A stretch of DNA of 64,000 nucleotides from Piromyces finnis finn (lineage: Eukaryota > Fungi > Neocallimastigomycota): assembly GCA_002104945.1 (NCBI GenBank), contig MCFH01000037.1, positions 434,001 to 498,000 on the forward strand, written 5' to 3'. Within the stretch, counting starts at the first letter, position 1. Every line of letters begins with the position of its first letter. The position numbers were made by a program, and so were the translations under genes. The notes beneath the pieces were generated by a model, which ran no database searches, had not been told where the DNA came from, and worked only from the letters and a program-made list of their open reading frames with translations. Of the stretch, positions 23,473 through 34,076 are shown one piece after another.

Positions 23473-23477
<5 letters not shown>
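17921..23477 (-). mobile_element. LINE copy C: full length (about 5.55 kb), intact ORF, potentially active
   Basis: Poly-T 17921-17953, 3'UTR of about 240 nt, 1505-aa ORF, 767-nt 5' leader starting TCCCTCTTGGGAA. Confidence 0.96.
18193..22710 (-). CDS. LINE polyprotein: N-terminal RRM-like region, Q/S/N linker, APE endonuclease, reverse transcriptase, CCHC knuckle
   Basis: APE: SWNTNG, FQE, LVGDFN, SDIDH, SDHKP. RT: IPKKGD, NYRGISL, QFGFR, FLDLRKAYDSV, GVRQGCPLSPILF, LFADD, YLGV. Knuckle: CPCCKCGDQSIKHWLLDC. Confidence 0.96.
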   Translation of the reverse strand: MSVLYIKDKNYIRRGTRSYGIPLDDIRSFFIRGIRSWSVNMLWEKLEVILEDKLNSVISVKYFQTFNDHFFLVKVHGSSKDCIKILHMLKKKLSVTSISFSARSRRNHKYTFSTLKRKILVSNKHQHSIQQSFQQSVQQSVQQSHQQSDLQQDLQQDLQQVSHHENIPDLQQTQFQSQHSTINSNSSINSDNSSIVDSSSVSQPSSNSSTYSSDASSINNDDFNNNNNSNDSSSSNKPDNFSFCLSWNTNGWNHEKRDSISYFTAIFKPLFLCFQEIGNGSGSNTDYPCRVTLRNYRHFFKKADESVPGMRGLYLGFHNSCQASLENFSGKYIISIYTFSLWNRFKCSIGNVYMPHSHHNIYVDHAKLEVRLWLQTHSSHPSILVGDFNMSKVKLSNWLSTNGLGDWEILPLRGSTISWTRGEQSSDIDHALINSKMKDLIHSGSFINNFYPVSDHKPLLINGKIIPMEDFSNDFNVPKKILKWNRLKCIEEKESILSHNKFQILSAKFNDPNVSTDDLSKEFTSTAFSIADELSITSANNVIKSSFHISQQIFNLQKIKMKLYKRFKKERIYDIDEFIKRIKIYRKLIDYIHKRCNEFRKQEYLHWIKTGCEYMKSHNPKKAWKWIKKTAKIGKDSFFIAQPIKNKNGELVVATEEQLDVWHDHFENLASDPSGVSLDLEHWYEEPTNKRFSLPMLDEWDINQDISIDEIKSAILSTPNYKASGPDGIPIEFYKALIPSSNDSNNATDNNSSGNTTSDNDAYGLNFILKLYNRIWDGDFPNSWNESSIVSIPKKGDLTDCDNYRGISLINNGIKLISKIVTTRISEYGLKNNFIRPEQFGFRKKEESISLFISIQEICRRRQLDNKETYLAFLDLRKAYDSVPIGNILHKLDCLGIRGKSLQFIKNLYLTSKANVKLDGQFSKSFDVKKGVRQGCPLSPILFNLFINDIFKECEDLGVSLGDTRCCGGLFADDIVICAPTRGCLKKMLRRVNEWALYNEMEFGIQKCSTMVIRPESIENQNKRDPTFYLAGQPIPTTDCYTYLGVPFDKNLSLKPVIKALNNKVLKGLFSVSKFLRNPNIPIPFKKLVLNSQVISRVSYFAPLLGSNKARSRIAQKHVNKGIRWVAHKAVSFISLYSISKDLNIPPLSAKCALAQVRCFNKWKNSNCIISYLVNYIPKFRKYTWCKSNRTLDKKLKKHGDVKAVKNFYWKDLKGNSIKAQYYDDNKFIETKDFIKLCYEYPEFAYGFYWLLKARSGYKLDARVAKAAKFVDPVCPNYCPCCKCGDQSIKHWLLDCPTFRDIRIKHYDSIVHLLNFFSQRNSNSPINNNENVNISRDSNNSNSNSNNINNNNSNNNNSSNRNNNISNDISNDSNSEDNNSNLDSNLVNDSNSSNNPVNINVYDYSSVCSKIFKFLLGGRSFNNINYNSREWKELCKRQIQSGTNEGTPFLTVTAELLTKIMPFAIGQQWSMFKRFEATSKSVNAEETVRQARRASATNGDHNFVP

Positions 23478-23512
<35 letters not shown>

Positions 23513-25220
23513 GGCATCAAATATTTTAAACTTTATTATTAATTTAATTAAAATTATAATACATGAAATATAAAAATTAAAATAAAATAAAAATAAAAAA
23601 AATATGTTTAAATAAACACAAATGAATAAAAATTGGGTATAATGTATTCTAGTAATTTTAATTAAAGTAAGAAAGCCACTATCATACTAAAGTATAATAA
23701 TTGTATTTGACTTCCAATGGGACACCGAGCCAAAGATCAAAATTTTATCATGGGACAAAATTATGATCTCCATTGGTTGCGCTGGCCCTCCTGGCCTGTC
23801 TTACTGTTTCTTCAGCATTGACGCTCTTGGATGTTGCTTCAAACCTTTTGAACATTGACCATTGCTGGCCAATAGCAAAAGGCATGATTTTGGTTAGAAG
23901 TTCCGCGGTTACCGTCAAGAATGGTGTTCCTTCATTAGTACCAGATTGAATCTGACGCTTACAAAGTTCTTTCCATTCCCTTGAATTGTAATTGATATTG
24001 TTAAAACTTCTTCCCCCAAGAAGGAATTTAAATATTTTACTGCACACACTAGAATAATCATACACATTAATATTCACCGGATTATTAGAACTATTACTAT
24101 CATTAACTAAATTACTATCTAAATTAGAATTATTATCTTCACTATTGCTATCATTACTAATATTATTATTTCTATTACTACTATTGTTATTATTACTATT
24201 GTTACTATTACTATTGTTATTATTACTATTGTTACTATTACTATTAATATTATTACTATCTCTACTGATATTATCAATTTCATTATTATTGATAGGACTA
24301 TTGGAATTACGTTGACTGAAAAAATTTAATAGCTGGACTATGGAATCATAATGTTTAATACGGATATCTCTAAATGTTGGACAATCTAATAACCAATGTT
24401 TAATACTTTGATCTCCACACTTGCAACATGGACAGTAGTTAGGACAAACTGGATCAACAAATTTGGCAGCTTTGGCAACTCTAGCATCCAACTTGTATCC
24501 GCTTCTTGCTTTCAATAGCCAGTAGAAGCCATAGGCAAACTCTGGGTACTCATAACATAATTTAATAAAATCTTTAGTTTCAATAAACTTATTATCATCA
24601 TAATATTGCGCTTTGATTGAATTCCCTTTGAGATCTTTCCAATAAAAGTTTTTAACTGCTTTAACATCTCCATGTTTCTTTAGTTTTTTATCAAGTGTCC
24701 TACTTGATTTGCACCACGTGTATTTTCTAAATTTAGGAATGTAATTGACAAGGTATGAGATAATACAATTTGAGTTTTTCCATTTGTTAAAACATCTAAC
24801 CTGAGCTAATGCACATTTGGCTGACAATGGAGGAATATTCAAATCTTTTGAAATAGAGTATAAAGATATAAACGATACAGCTTTATGAACTCCGGCAACC
24901 CATCGTATTCCTTTGTTAACATGCTTCTGTGCAATACTAGACCTGGCTTTGTTGGATCCAAGTAATGGTGCAAAGTATGAAACTCTGCTAATCACTTGTG
25001 AGTTAAGTACTAGCTTTTTGAAGGGAATAGGAATATTAGGATTTCTTAAGAATTTACTGACTGAAAAAAGCCCTTTCAAAACCTTGTTATTAAGAGCTTT
25101 AATAACTGGTTTAAGGGACAGATTCTTATCAAATGGAACACCAAGATAAGTATAACAATCAGTAGTTGGAATGGGTTGTCCTGCTAAGTAAAATGTTGGA
25201 TCTCTCTTGTTCTGATTTTC

Positions 25221-25223
<3 letters not shown>
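23478..25223 (-). mobile_element. LINE copy D, 3' part (interrupted by copy E)
   Basis: Poly-T 23478-23509; body ends at TCTGATTTTCTAT, which reappears at 30949-30961 where the same LINE sequence continues. Confidence 0.93.
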
Positions 25224-25284
<61 letters not shown>

Positions 25285-28200
25285 GGCATCAAATATTTTA
25301 AACTTTATTATTAATTTAATTAAAATTATAATACATGTAATAAAAAATTAAAAATAAATAAAAATAAAAAAAAATATGTTTAATAAACACAAATGAATAA
25401 AAATTGGGTATAATGTATTCTAGTAATTTTAATTAAAGTAAGAAAGCCACTATCATACTAAAGTATAATAATTGTATTTGACTTCCAATGGGACACCGAG
25501 CCAAAGATCAAAATTTTGTCATGGAACAAAATTATGATCTCCATTGGTTGCGCTGGCCCTCCTGGCCTGTCTTACTGTTTCTTCAGCATTGACGCTCTTG
25601 GATGTTGCTTCAAACCTTTTGAACATTGACCATTGCTGGCCAATAGCAAAAGGCATGATTTTGGTTAGAAGTTCCGCGGTTACCGTCAAGAATGGTGTTC
25701 CTTCATTAGTACCAGATTGAATCTGACGCTTACAAAGTTCTTTCCATTCCCTTGAATTGTAATTAATATTGTTAAAACTTCTTCCCCCAAGAAGGAATTT
25801 AAATATTTTACTGCACACACTAGAATAATCATACACATTAATATTCACCGGATTATTAGAACTATTACTATCATTAACTAAATTACTATCTAAATTAGAA
25901 TTATTATCTTCACTATTGCTATCATTATTAATATTATTATTTCTATTACTACTATTGTTATTATTACTATTTCTATTATTACTATTACTACTATTGTTAT
26001 TATTACTATTGTTATAATTATTATTGTTACTATTACTATTACTGTTATTGCTATCTCTACTGATATTATCAATTTCATTATTATTGATAGGACTATTGGA
26101 ATTACGTTGACTGAAAAAATTTAATAGCTGGACTATGGAATCATAATGTTTAATACGGATATCTCTAAATGTTGGACAATCTAATAACCAATGTTTAATA
26201 CTTTGATCTCCACACTTGCAACATGGACAGTAGTTAGGACAAACTGGATCAACAAATTTAGCAGCTTTGGCAACTCTAGCATCCAACTTATATCCGCTTC
26301 TTGCTTTCAATAGCCAGTAGAAGCCATAGGCAAACTCTGGGTACTCATAACATAATTTAATAAAATCTTTAGTTTCAATAAATTTATTATCATCATAATA
26401 TTGCGCTTTGATTGAATTCCCTTTGAGATCTTTCCAATAAAAGTTTTTAACTGCTTTAACATCTCCATGCTTCTTTAGTTTTTTTCAAGTGTCCTACTTG
26501 ATTTGCACCACGTGTATTTTCTAAATTTAGGAATGTAATTGACAAGGTGTGAGATAATACAATTTGAGTTTTTCCATTTGTTAAAACATCTAACCTGAGC
26601 TAACGCACATTTGGCTGACAATGGAGGAATATTCAAATCTTTTGAGATAGAGTATAAAGATATAAACGATACGGCTTTATGAACTCCGGCAACCCATCGT
26701 ATTACTTTGTTAACATGCTTCTGAGCAATCCTAGACCTAGCTTTGTTGGATCCAAGTAATGGTGCAAAGTATGAAACTCTGCTAATCACTTGAGAGTTAA
26801 GTACTAGTTTTTTGAAAGGAATAGGAATATTAGGATTTCTTAAGAATTTACTGACTGAGAAAAGTCCTTTCAAAACCTTGTTATTAAGAACTTTAATTAC
26901 TGGTTTAAGGGACAAATTCTTATCAAATGGAACACCAAGATAAGTATAACAATCAGTAGTTGGAATGGGTTGTCCTGCTAAGTAAAATGTTGGATCTCTC
27001 TTGTTCTGATTTTCTATTGATTCAGGACGAATCACCATCGTTGAACATTTCTGGATACCAAATTCCATTTCATTATACAAGGCCCATTCATTAACTCTTC
27101 TAAGCATCTTTTTTAAGCATCCTCTTGTTGGAGCACAAATAACTATATCATCTGCAAAAAGTCCACCACAGCATCGAGTGTCACCTTAACTAACTCCGAG
27201 ATCTTCACACTCTTTAAATATATCATTAATAAAGAGATTAAAGAGAATAGGAGAAAGAGGGCAACCTTGACGGACTCCTTTCTTCACATCAAAAGATTTC
27301 GAGAATTGTCCATCTAATTTGACATTAGCCTTAGATGTTAAATATAAATTTTTGATAAATTGTAAACTCTTACCTCGGATTCCTAAACAATCTAATTTAT
27401 GGAGAATATTACCGATTGGGACTGAATCGTATGCTTTCCTGAGATCTAAAAAGGCCAAATATGTCTCTTTATTATCTAATTGACGTCTACGGCATATTTC
27501 TTGGATTGAAATGAAAAGACTGATACTTTCTTCCTTTTTTCGAAAACCAAATTGTTCAGGTCTAATGAAATTATTCTTTAGACCATATTCTGAGATTCTA
27601 GTGGTGACAATTTTGGAGATCAACTTAATACCATTATTGATAAGTGATATACCTCGATAGTTATCACAATCTGTCAAATCTCCCTTCTTAGGAATAGAAA
27701 CAATACTGGATTCATTCCATGAGTTGGGGAAATCTCCATCCCAAATACGGTTAAATAATTTAAGAATAAAATTTAAACCATGAGCGTCATTATCTGAAGT
27801 AGTATTACCAGAAGAATTATTACCTGTAGCATTATTAGAATCATTACTTGATGGAATTAATGCTTTGTAAAATTCAATTGGAATACCATCTGGACCTGAT
27901 GCTTTATAATTTGGAGTAGAGAGGATAGCTGACTTGACTTCATCAATACTAATATCTTGGTTGATATCCCACTCATCAAGCATAGGAAGTGAAAAACGTT
28001 TATTCATTGGTTCTTCATACCAATGCTCCAAATCAAGACTTACACCACTTGGGTCTGATGCAAGATTTTCGAAATGATCATGCCACACTTCTAGTTGTTC
28101 TTCCGTAGCAACAACTAATTCTCCATTTTTATTTTTAATTGGTTGAGCAATAAAGAAAGAATCTTTTCCAATTTTTGCAGTTTTCTTGATCCATTTCCAG

Positions 28201-30948
28201 GCCTTCTTAGGATTATGACTCTTCATATACTCACATCCTGTTTTAATCCAATGAAGATATTCTTGCTTCCTAAATTCATTACATCTTTTGTGGATGTAAT
28301 CAATGAGCTTACGGTAGATTTTAATTCTTTTAATAAATTCATCTATATCATAAATTCTTTCTTTTTTAAATCTCTTATACAACTTCATTTTGATTTTTTG
28401 AAGATTAAAAATTTGTTGTGAAATATGAAATGAAGACTTTATAACATTATTTGCTGAAGTAATACTGAGCTCGTCTGCAATTGAAAAAGCAGTTGAAGTA
28501 AACTCTTTGGAAAGTTCATCTGTTGAAACATTAGGATCGTTGAATTTTGCTGAAAGTATTTGGAATTTATTATGACTGAGAATAGATTCCTTTTCCTCAA
28601 TACATTTTAATCTATTCCATTTCAGAATTTTCTTAGGAACATTAAAGTCATTAGAAAAATCTTCCATAGGAATAATTTTACCATTAATAAGAAGTGGCTT
28701 ATGGTCTGATACAGGATAAAAATTATTTATAAATGATCCTGAGTGAATAAGATCTTTCATCTTCGAATTGATAAGAGCATGGTCAATGTCGGAAGATTGA
28801 TCACCTCGAGTCCAAGAGATAGTAGACCCTCTAAGCGGAAGAATTTCCCAATCTCCTAATCCATTAGTTGATAACCAGTTGGATAATTTTACTTTAGACA
28901 TATTAAAATCACCAACAAGAATCGATGGATGGGATGAATGAGTTTGTAACCACAAGCGAACTTCTAACTTTGCATGATCAACATAGATGTTGTGATGACT
29001 ATGAGGCATATAAACATTTCCAATCGAGCATTTGAATCTATTCCAGAGACTAAAAGTATAAATAGAAATAATATACTTTCCAGAGAAGTTTTCAAGTGAG
29101 GCTTGACACGAATTGTGAAAACCTAAATATAAACCTCTCATTCCAGGAACTGATTCATCAGCTTTCTTGAAAAAGTGTCTATAGTTTCGCAAAGTAACAC
29201 GACAAGGATAATCTGTATTCGATCCAGAACCATTACCAGTTTCTTGGAAACATAAAAATAATGGTTTGAAAATAGCTGTGAAATAGCTAATACTATCTCT
29301 CTTTTCATGATTCCACCCATTAGTGTTCCAACTAAGACAAAAAGAAAAGTTATCAGGCTTGATGGATGAGGAAGAATCGTTGCTGTTATTATTATTATCA
29401 AGGTCATCATTATTAATGGATGATGCATCAGAGGAATAAGTAGAACTATTACTAGATGGCTGTGAAACTGAAGAACTATCAACTATTGAACTGTTAGCAG
29501 AGTTGATAGAGCTATTAGAATTAATTGTTGAATGTTGAGATTGAAATTGTGTTTGCTGTAGATCTGGAATATTTTCATGATGGGAAACTTGTTGAAGATC
29601 TTGTTGAAGATCTTGTTGAAGATCGGATTGTTGATGAGATTGTTGAACTGATTGTTGAAATAATTGTTGAATAGAATGTTGATGTTTATTAGAAACTAAA
29701 ATTTTACGTTTGAGAGTGGAAAAAGTGTATTTGTGATTCCTTCTACTACGAGCTGAAAAGGAAATTGAGGTAACTGAAAGTTTCTTCTTTAACATGTGTA
29801 AGATTTTAATACAATCTTTTGATGAACCATGAACCTTGACTAAGAAAAAGTGATCATTGAAAGTCTGAAAATATTTAACACTAATAACTGAATTAAATTT
29901 ATCTTCTAGAATAACCTCGAGTTTTTCCCATAGCATATTTACTGACCATGATCGAATACCACGGATAAAGAAGGAGCGAATATCATCTAAGGGGATACCA
30001 TAAGACCGGGTACCACGTCTGATATAATTCTTATCTTTAATATAAAGGACTGACATGATAATAAATTCTAATTAAAAAATATTGAATATAAAATAAATAC
30101 TAATAAAAATTACAAATATAACGTATATGGAAAAAATCTGTCTCTCTCTCTCTTCTTAAAAGTACTGGATAGTACAAAAATTGTTACGATGCTTTGTTTA
30201 AAGTTTCTTTTTTTTTGAATTCTAGTTGTAAATTTTCTTTAAAAATTCTAGTTTTGGTTTGTTGTTAGTAAATTCGATTCGCTTTTTGACACTAAAATTG
30301 TTTGACTTTACTTTTCATTAAATATTTAAATTGGTAAAAAATTTGAATCAAGAATGTCGACACCAGAAAGCTTGTGAATAGTATTTTTACATGATGTAGA
30401 GTGAATCAGTCTCTTACAAGAAACAATACAACAATAGCTACATGAATATAAAAGTACAATGCAAATGCTAAAGTTGACTACATTGGATTCTTACAAGAGA
30501 AGAGTAGTACTACATGAATACATGAATAAAAGAAAAAATACAGCAACAAAATGTATTACTCTTCTAATTAAATACTATACAAACTTACCTGAAAAATCAA
30601 ACATTCACTTATTCATCAAATACTTAAATTTGATGAATAAAATGTTTTTTAATCGCTCAGTACCATGAGCTTAGTCCTAATAATTTTCCCTTGAAGACTA
30701 ACCAAGCATCCATTGCGCAATGCTTGGATTTAATTCTTTCTACTCTCTCAGTACCATGAGCATGAGTAGACCCCCTTGAGAAATTACATTTATTAAATAA
30801 ATGAAGGCACATTCCTAAGAGGGCACCAAGCATCCATTGCGCAATACTTGGATTTAATTCTTTCTACTCTCTCAGTACCATGAGCATGAGTAGACCCCCT
30901 TGAGAAACTACATTTATTAAATAAATGAAGGCACGTTCCCAAGAGGGG
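25224..30948 (-). mobile_element. LINE copy E: full length, defective, inserted in D with a 12-13 bp TSD
   Basis: Poly-T to 25281; complete 5' leader with a duplicated terminal 123 nt; TSD 25211-25223 / 30949-30961. Confidence 0.95.
25519..30056 (-). pseudogene. disrupted LINE polyprotein of copy E
   Basis: TTA to TAA nonsense at 27186-27188 (GVSL becomes GVS*) and a 1-nt deletion near 26480; otherwise colinear with copy C. Confidence 0.92.
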
Positions 30949-31080
30949 TCTGATTTTCTATTGATTCAGGACGAATCACCATCGTTGAACACTTCTGGAT
31001 ACCAAATTCCATTTCATTATACAAGGCCCATTCATTAACTCTTCTAAGCATCTTTTTTAAGCATCCTTTCCCAAGAGGGA
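30949..31080 (-). mobile_element. LINE copy D, 5' remnant: RT-region piece joined to the first 13 nt of the element
   Basis: 30949-31067 matches the RT region of C (to 19765); 31068-31080 matches C 23465-23477; followed by the TSD of 17906-17920. Confidence 0.9.
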
Positions 31081-31719
31081 ACACTTTTAGTAAAAGTTGG
31101 TTTCTATTATTATTATTTTTTTTTTTCTATTTATTTTTCTATTATCCACTTTATAAAAAATAACAATATATATATTTAAAGTTTAAAACCCACACTTTAC
31201 AAAGTCTAAATGATACACAATTGATTAAATTATGAAACGCCTGTTAATTAAGAAATATATTTTTTTTTTAAATTTTTTTTTATTTTATTTATTATGTTTT
31301 AAATTTTTTAAAAAAATTTTATAAAAAAAAAAAAAGGTCGTAATTTTAATAAAAACTATTTTTATTTTGTTTAATAATCTATCTATAAATTATGTAATAT
31401 AAACAATAGTTTCTTTTTTAATTCATTATTTTATATCAAAACCTTTTAATATTTTTAATTTCTTATAATTTCTCAATTTTTTTAGTTAAGAAATTATAAT
31501 ATTATTTTAACGATAATTACAATGGATTCATCGACTTTATAATAGAGGAATGAATTAATAAGTTTTTCCGCTTTTTGTATATATTTTGATTTGTGCTTTT
31601 ATATTTACGTTTATAATTTGTATGTGTGATTAATTTATATATTGTATTTTTAAATACAACTAGGATCTAATTTATTTTAGATTATAATATAATTTAGGCT
31701 ACTATTTATTGAATTACAT

Positions 31720-34076
31720 TTAGTTCTTAGCGGCAGCAGCTAATAAGTTTAAGGCAGAACCGGCCTTGAACCATTCAATTTGACCTTCGTTTAAGGTGTG
31801 GTTAAGCTTAATTTCGAAGCTAGAACCGTCAGCCTTAGTGAACTTAGCGGTTAATGGAACACCTGGAGTAAGAGTCTTAAGACCAAGAATGGAGACCTTG
31901 TCAGTTGGGTCAATCTTATCGTAATCAGCAGTGTTAGCGAAAGTAAGTGGAAGAACACCTTGTTTCTTAAGGTTAGTTTCGTGAATTCTAGCGAAACTCT
32001 TGACAATAACAGCAACACCACCTAAGTGTCTTGGTTCTAAGGCAGCGTGTTCACGAGAACTACCTTCACCATAGTTTTCGTCAGCGATAACAACCCATGG
32101 CATACCGTGAGCCTTGTAGTCTCTGGCAACAGCTGGAACAGCATCGTATTCACCAGTTAAGGCGTTACGAATCTTGTTAGCTTCACCATTTTCAGAGTTG
32201 ATAGCACCAATTAACATGTTGTTGGAGATGTTGTCTAAGTGACCACGGTACTTAAGCCATGGACCGGCCATACTGATGTGATCAGTAGTACACTTACCCT
32301 TAACCTTGATAAGAATGTTAAGGTTTTCGTAATCTTCACCATTCCACTTGTTGAATGGAGTTAAGAGTTGTAATCTTTGACTAGTTGGGCTAACAATAAC
32401 TTCAACGTTGGAACGATCTTCTGGTGGAGCTTGGTAAACCATTTCTCCCTTATCGTAACCAGTTGGTGGAAGAGCATCACCACTTGGTGGTTGGAACTTG
32501 AACTTAGAACCATCTGGCTTAGTGATTTCATCCTTCATTGGGTTGAACTTAAGAGAACCACCAAAGACCATAGCGGTAACAATTTCTGGAGAAGCAACGA
32601 AAGCGTGAGTTTGTGGGTTAGCATCGTTTCTAGCAGTGAAGTTACGGTTGTAGGAAGTAATGATACTGTTAAGATCACCCTTCTTGATGTCCTTACGGTC
32701 CCATTGACCAATACATGGACCACAAGCATTGGCTAAAACGGTACCACCAACCTTCTTCATTAATTCCATTTGACCATCCTTAGCAATAGTAGCTCTAATT
32801 TGTTCACTACCTGGGGTAATAATGAACTTAGACTTGGCTGGAACGCCATTGTCAAGAGCTTGCTTAATTAAGGAAGAGACACGGCACATATCTTCGTAGG
32901 AAGAGTTAGTACAGGAACCAATAAGACCAACCTTTAATTCTTCTGGCCATCCGTTCTTTTCAACGGCATTCTTGAATTCACTTAATGGAGTAGCTAAATC
33001 TGGAGTGAATGGACCGTTGATGTGTGGTTCTAATTCACTGAGGTTGATTTCAATAACTTGGTCGTATTTACAACCTTCATCAGCCTTTAATAAGTCCTTA
33101 TATTGCTTAGCTAATTCAGCAATATCAGCACGACCAGTGGCCTTTAAGTATTCTTCCATACGTTCATTGAATGGGAAAATAGAGGTAGTGGCACCAATTT
33201 CAGCACCCATGTTACAGATGGTAGCCATACCAGTACAAGAGATAGATTCAACACCTTCACCGAAGTATTCAACAATAGCACCTGTACCACCCTTGACAGT
33301 AAGGATACCGGCAACCTTTAAGATAATATCCTTTGGAGAAGTCCAACCGTTACGCTTACCAGTTAACTTAACACCAATGATCTTTGGGCACTTTAATTCC
33401 CATGGAATACCAGCCATAACATCGACAGCATCAGCACCACCAACACCAACGGCGATCATACCGAGACCACCAGCGTTTGGAGTGTGAGAATCAGTACCGA
33501 TCATCATACCACCTGGGTAGGCGTAGTTTTCAAGAACAATTTGGTGGATGATACCACTTCCTGGCTTCCAGAAACCAATACCGTACTTAGCAGAGCAGGA
33601 AGAAAGGAAATCGTAAACTTCCTTGTTAATTTCCTTAGCACGTGGTAAATCACTTTCAGCACCAACTTGGGCTTGAATTAAGTGATCACAGTGGACAGTA
33701 GTTGGAACAGCGACAGTTGGAAGACCAGCAGACATGAATTGAAGAAGAGCCATTTGAGCAGTAGCATCTTGACAAGCAACACGGTCTGGGTGTAAGTTAA
33801 GGTAACTGTTACCACGTTCAATAACTTGGTTCTTTGGATCAGCTAAGTGACCATAGACAATCTTTTCAGCATAAGTTAATGGACGGTTTAATCTTTATAA
33901 ATTATTTATATTATATAAAAATTAATAAAAAATTTATTTGAAGATTTATTATTTATAATATTGTTGATTATTATTTTTATAAACCTTTCACGAACGAGTT
34001 TGACGTTTTCGGCCATTTTTTCATATTGAATGAAATTGTTTTGGTCGAAAGCGGACATAGCAACCTTGGTAGCCAT
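31720..34076 (-). CDS. ACO1: mitochondrial-type aconitate hydratase, 2 exons, 754 aa, no N-terminal presequence
   Basis: Exons 34076-33985 and 33892-31720; [78 protein letters not shown]. Confidence 0.97.

Noticed and set aside
23281-23477. Hammerhead, HDV or twister assignment for the LINE leader
   Set aside because: No CUGANGA core on the sense strand, no HDV L3/P1.1 pattern and no twister core found by eye. The antisense TTGAAGA...GAAAC arrangement lacks correctly placed stems.
23748-25292. 514-aa ORF starting MMPL plus poly-Lys
   Set aside because: Read-through of copy E's poly(A) tail into truncated copy D; the frame depends on homopolymer length. ORF 15661..15924 arises the same way.
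31720-33900. GC-rich island suggesting horizontal transfer, with antisense ORFs 32377..32736 and 32972..33487
   Set aside because: Explained by codon bias of a highly expressed aconitase that has a normal intron; the antisense ORFs are shadows.
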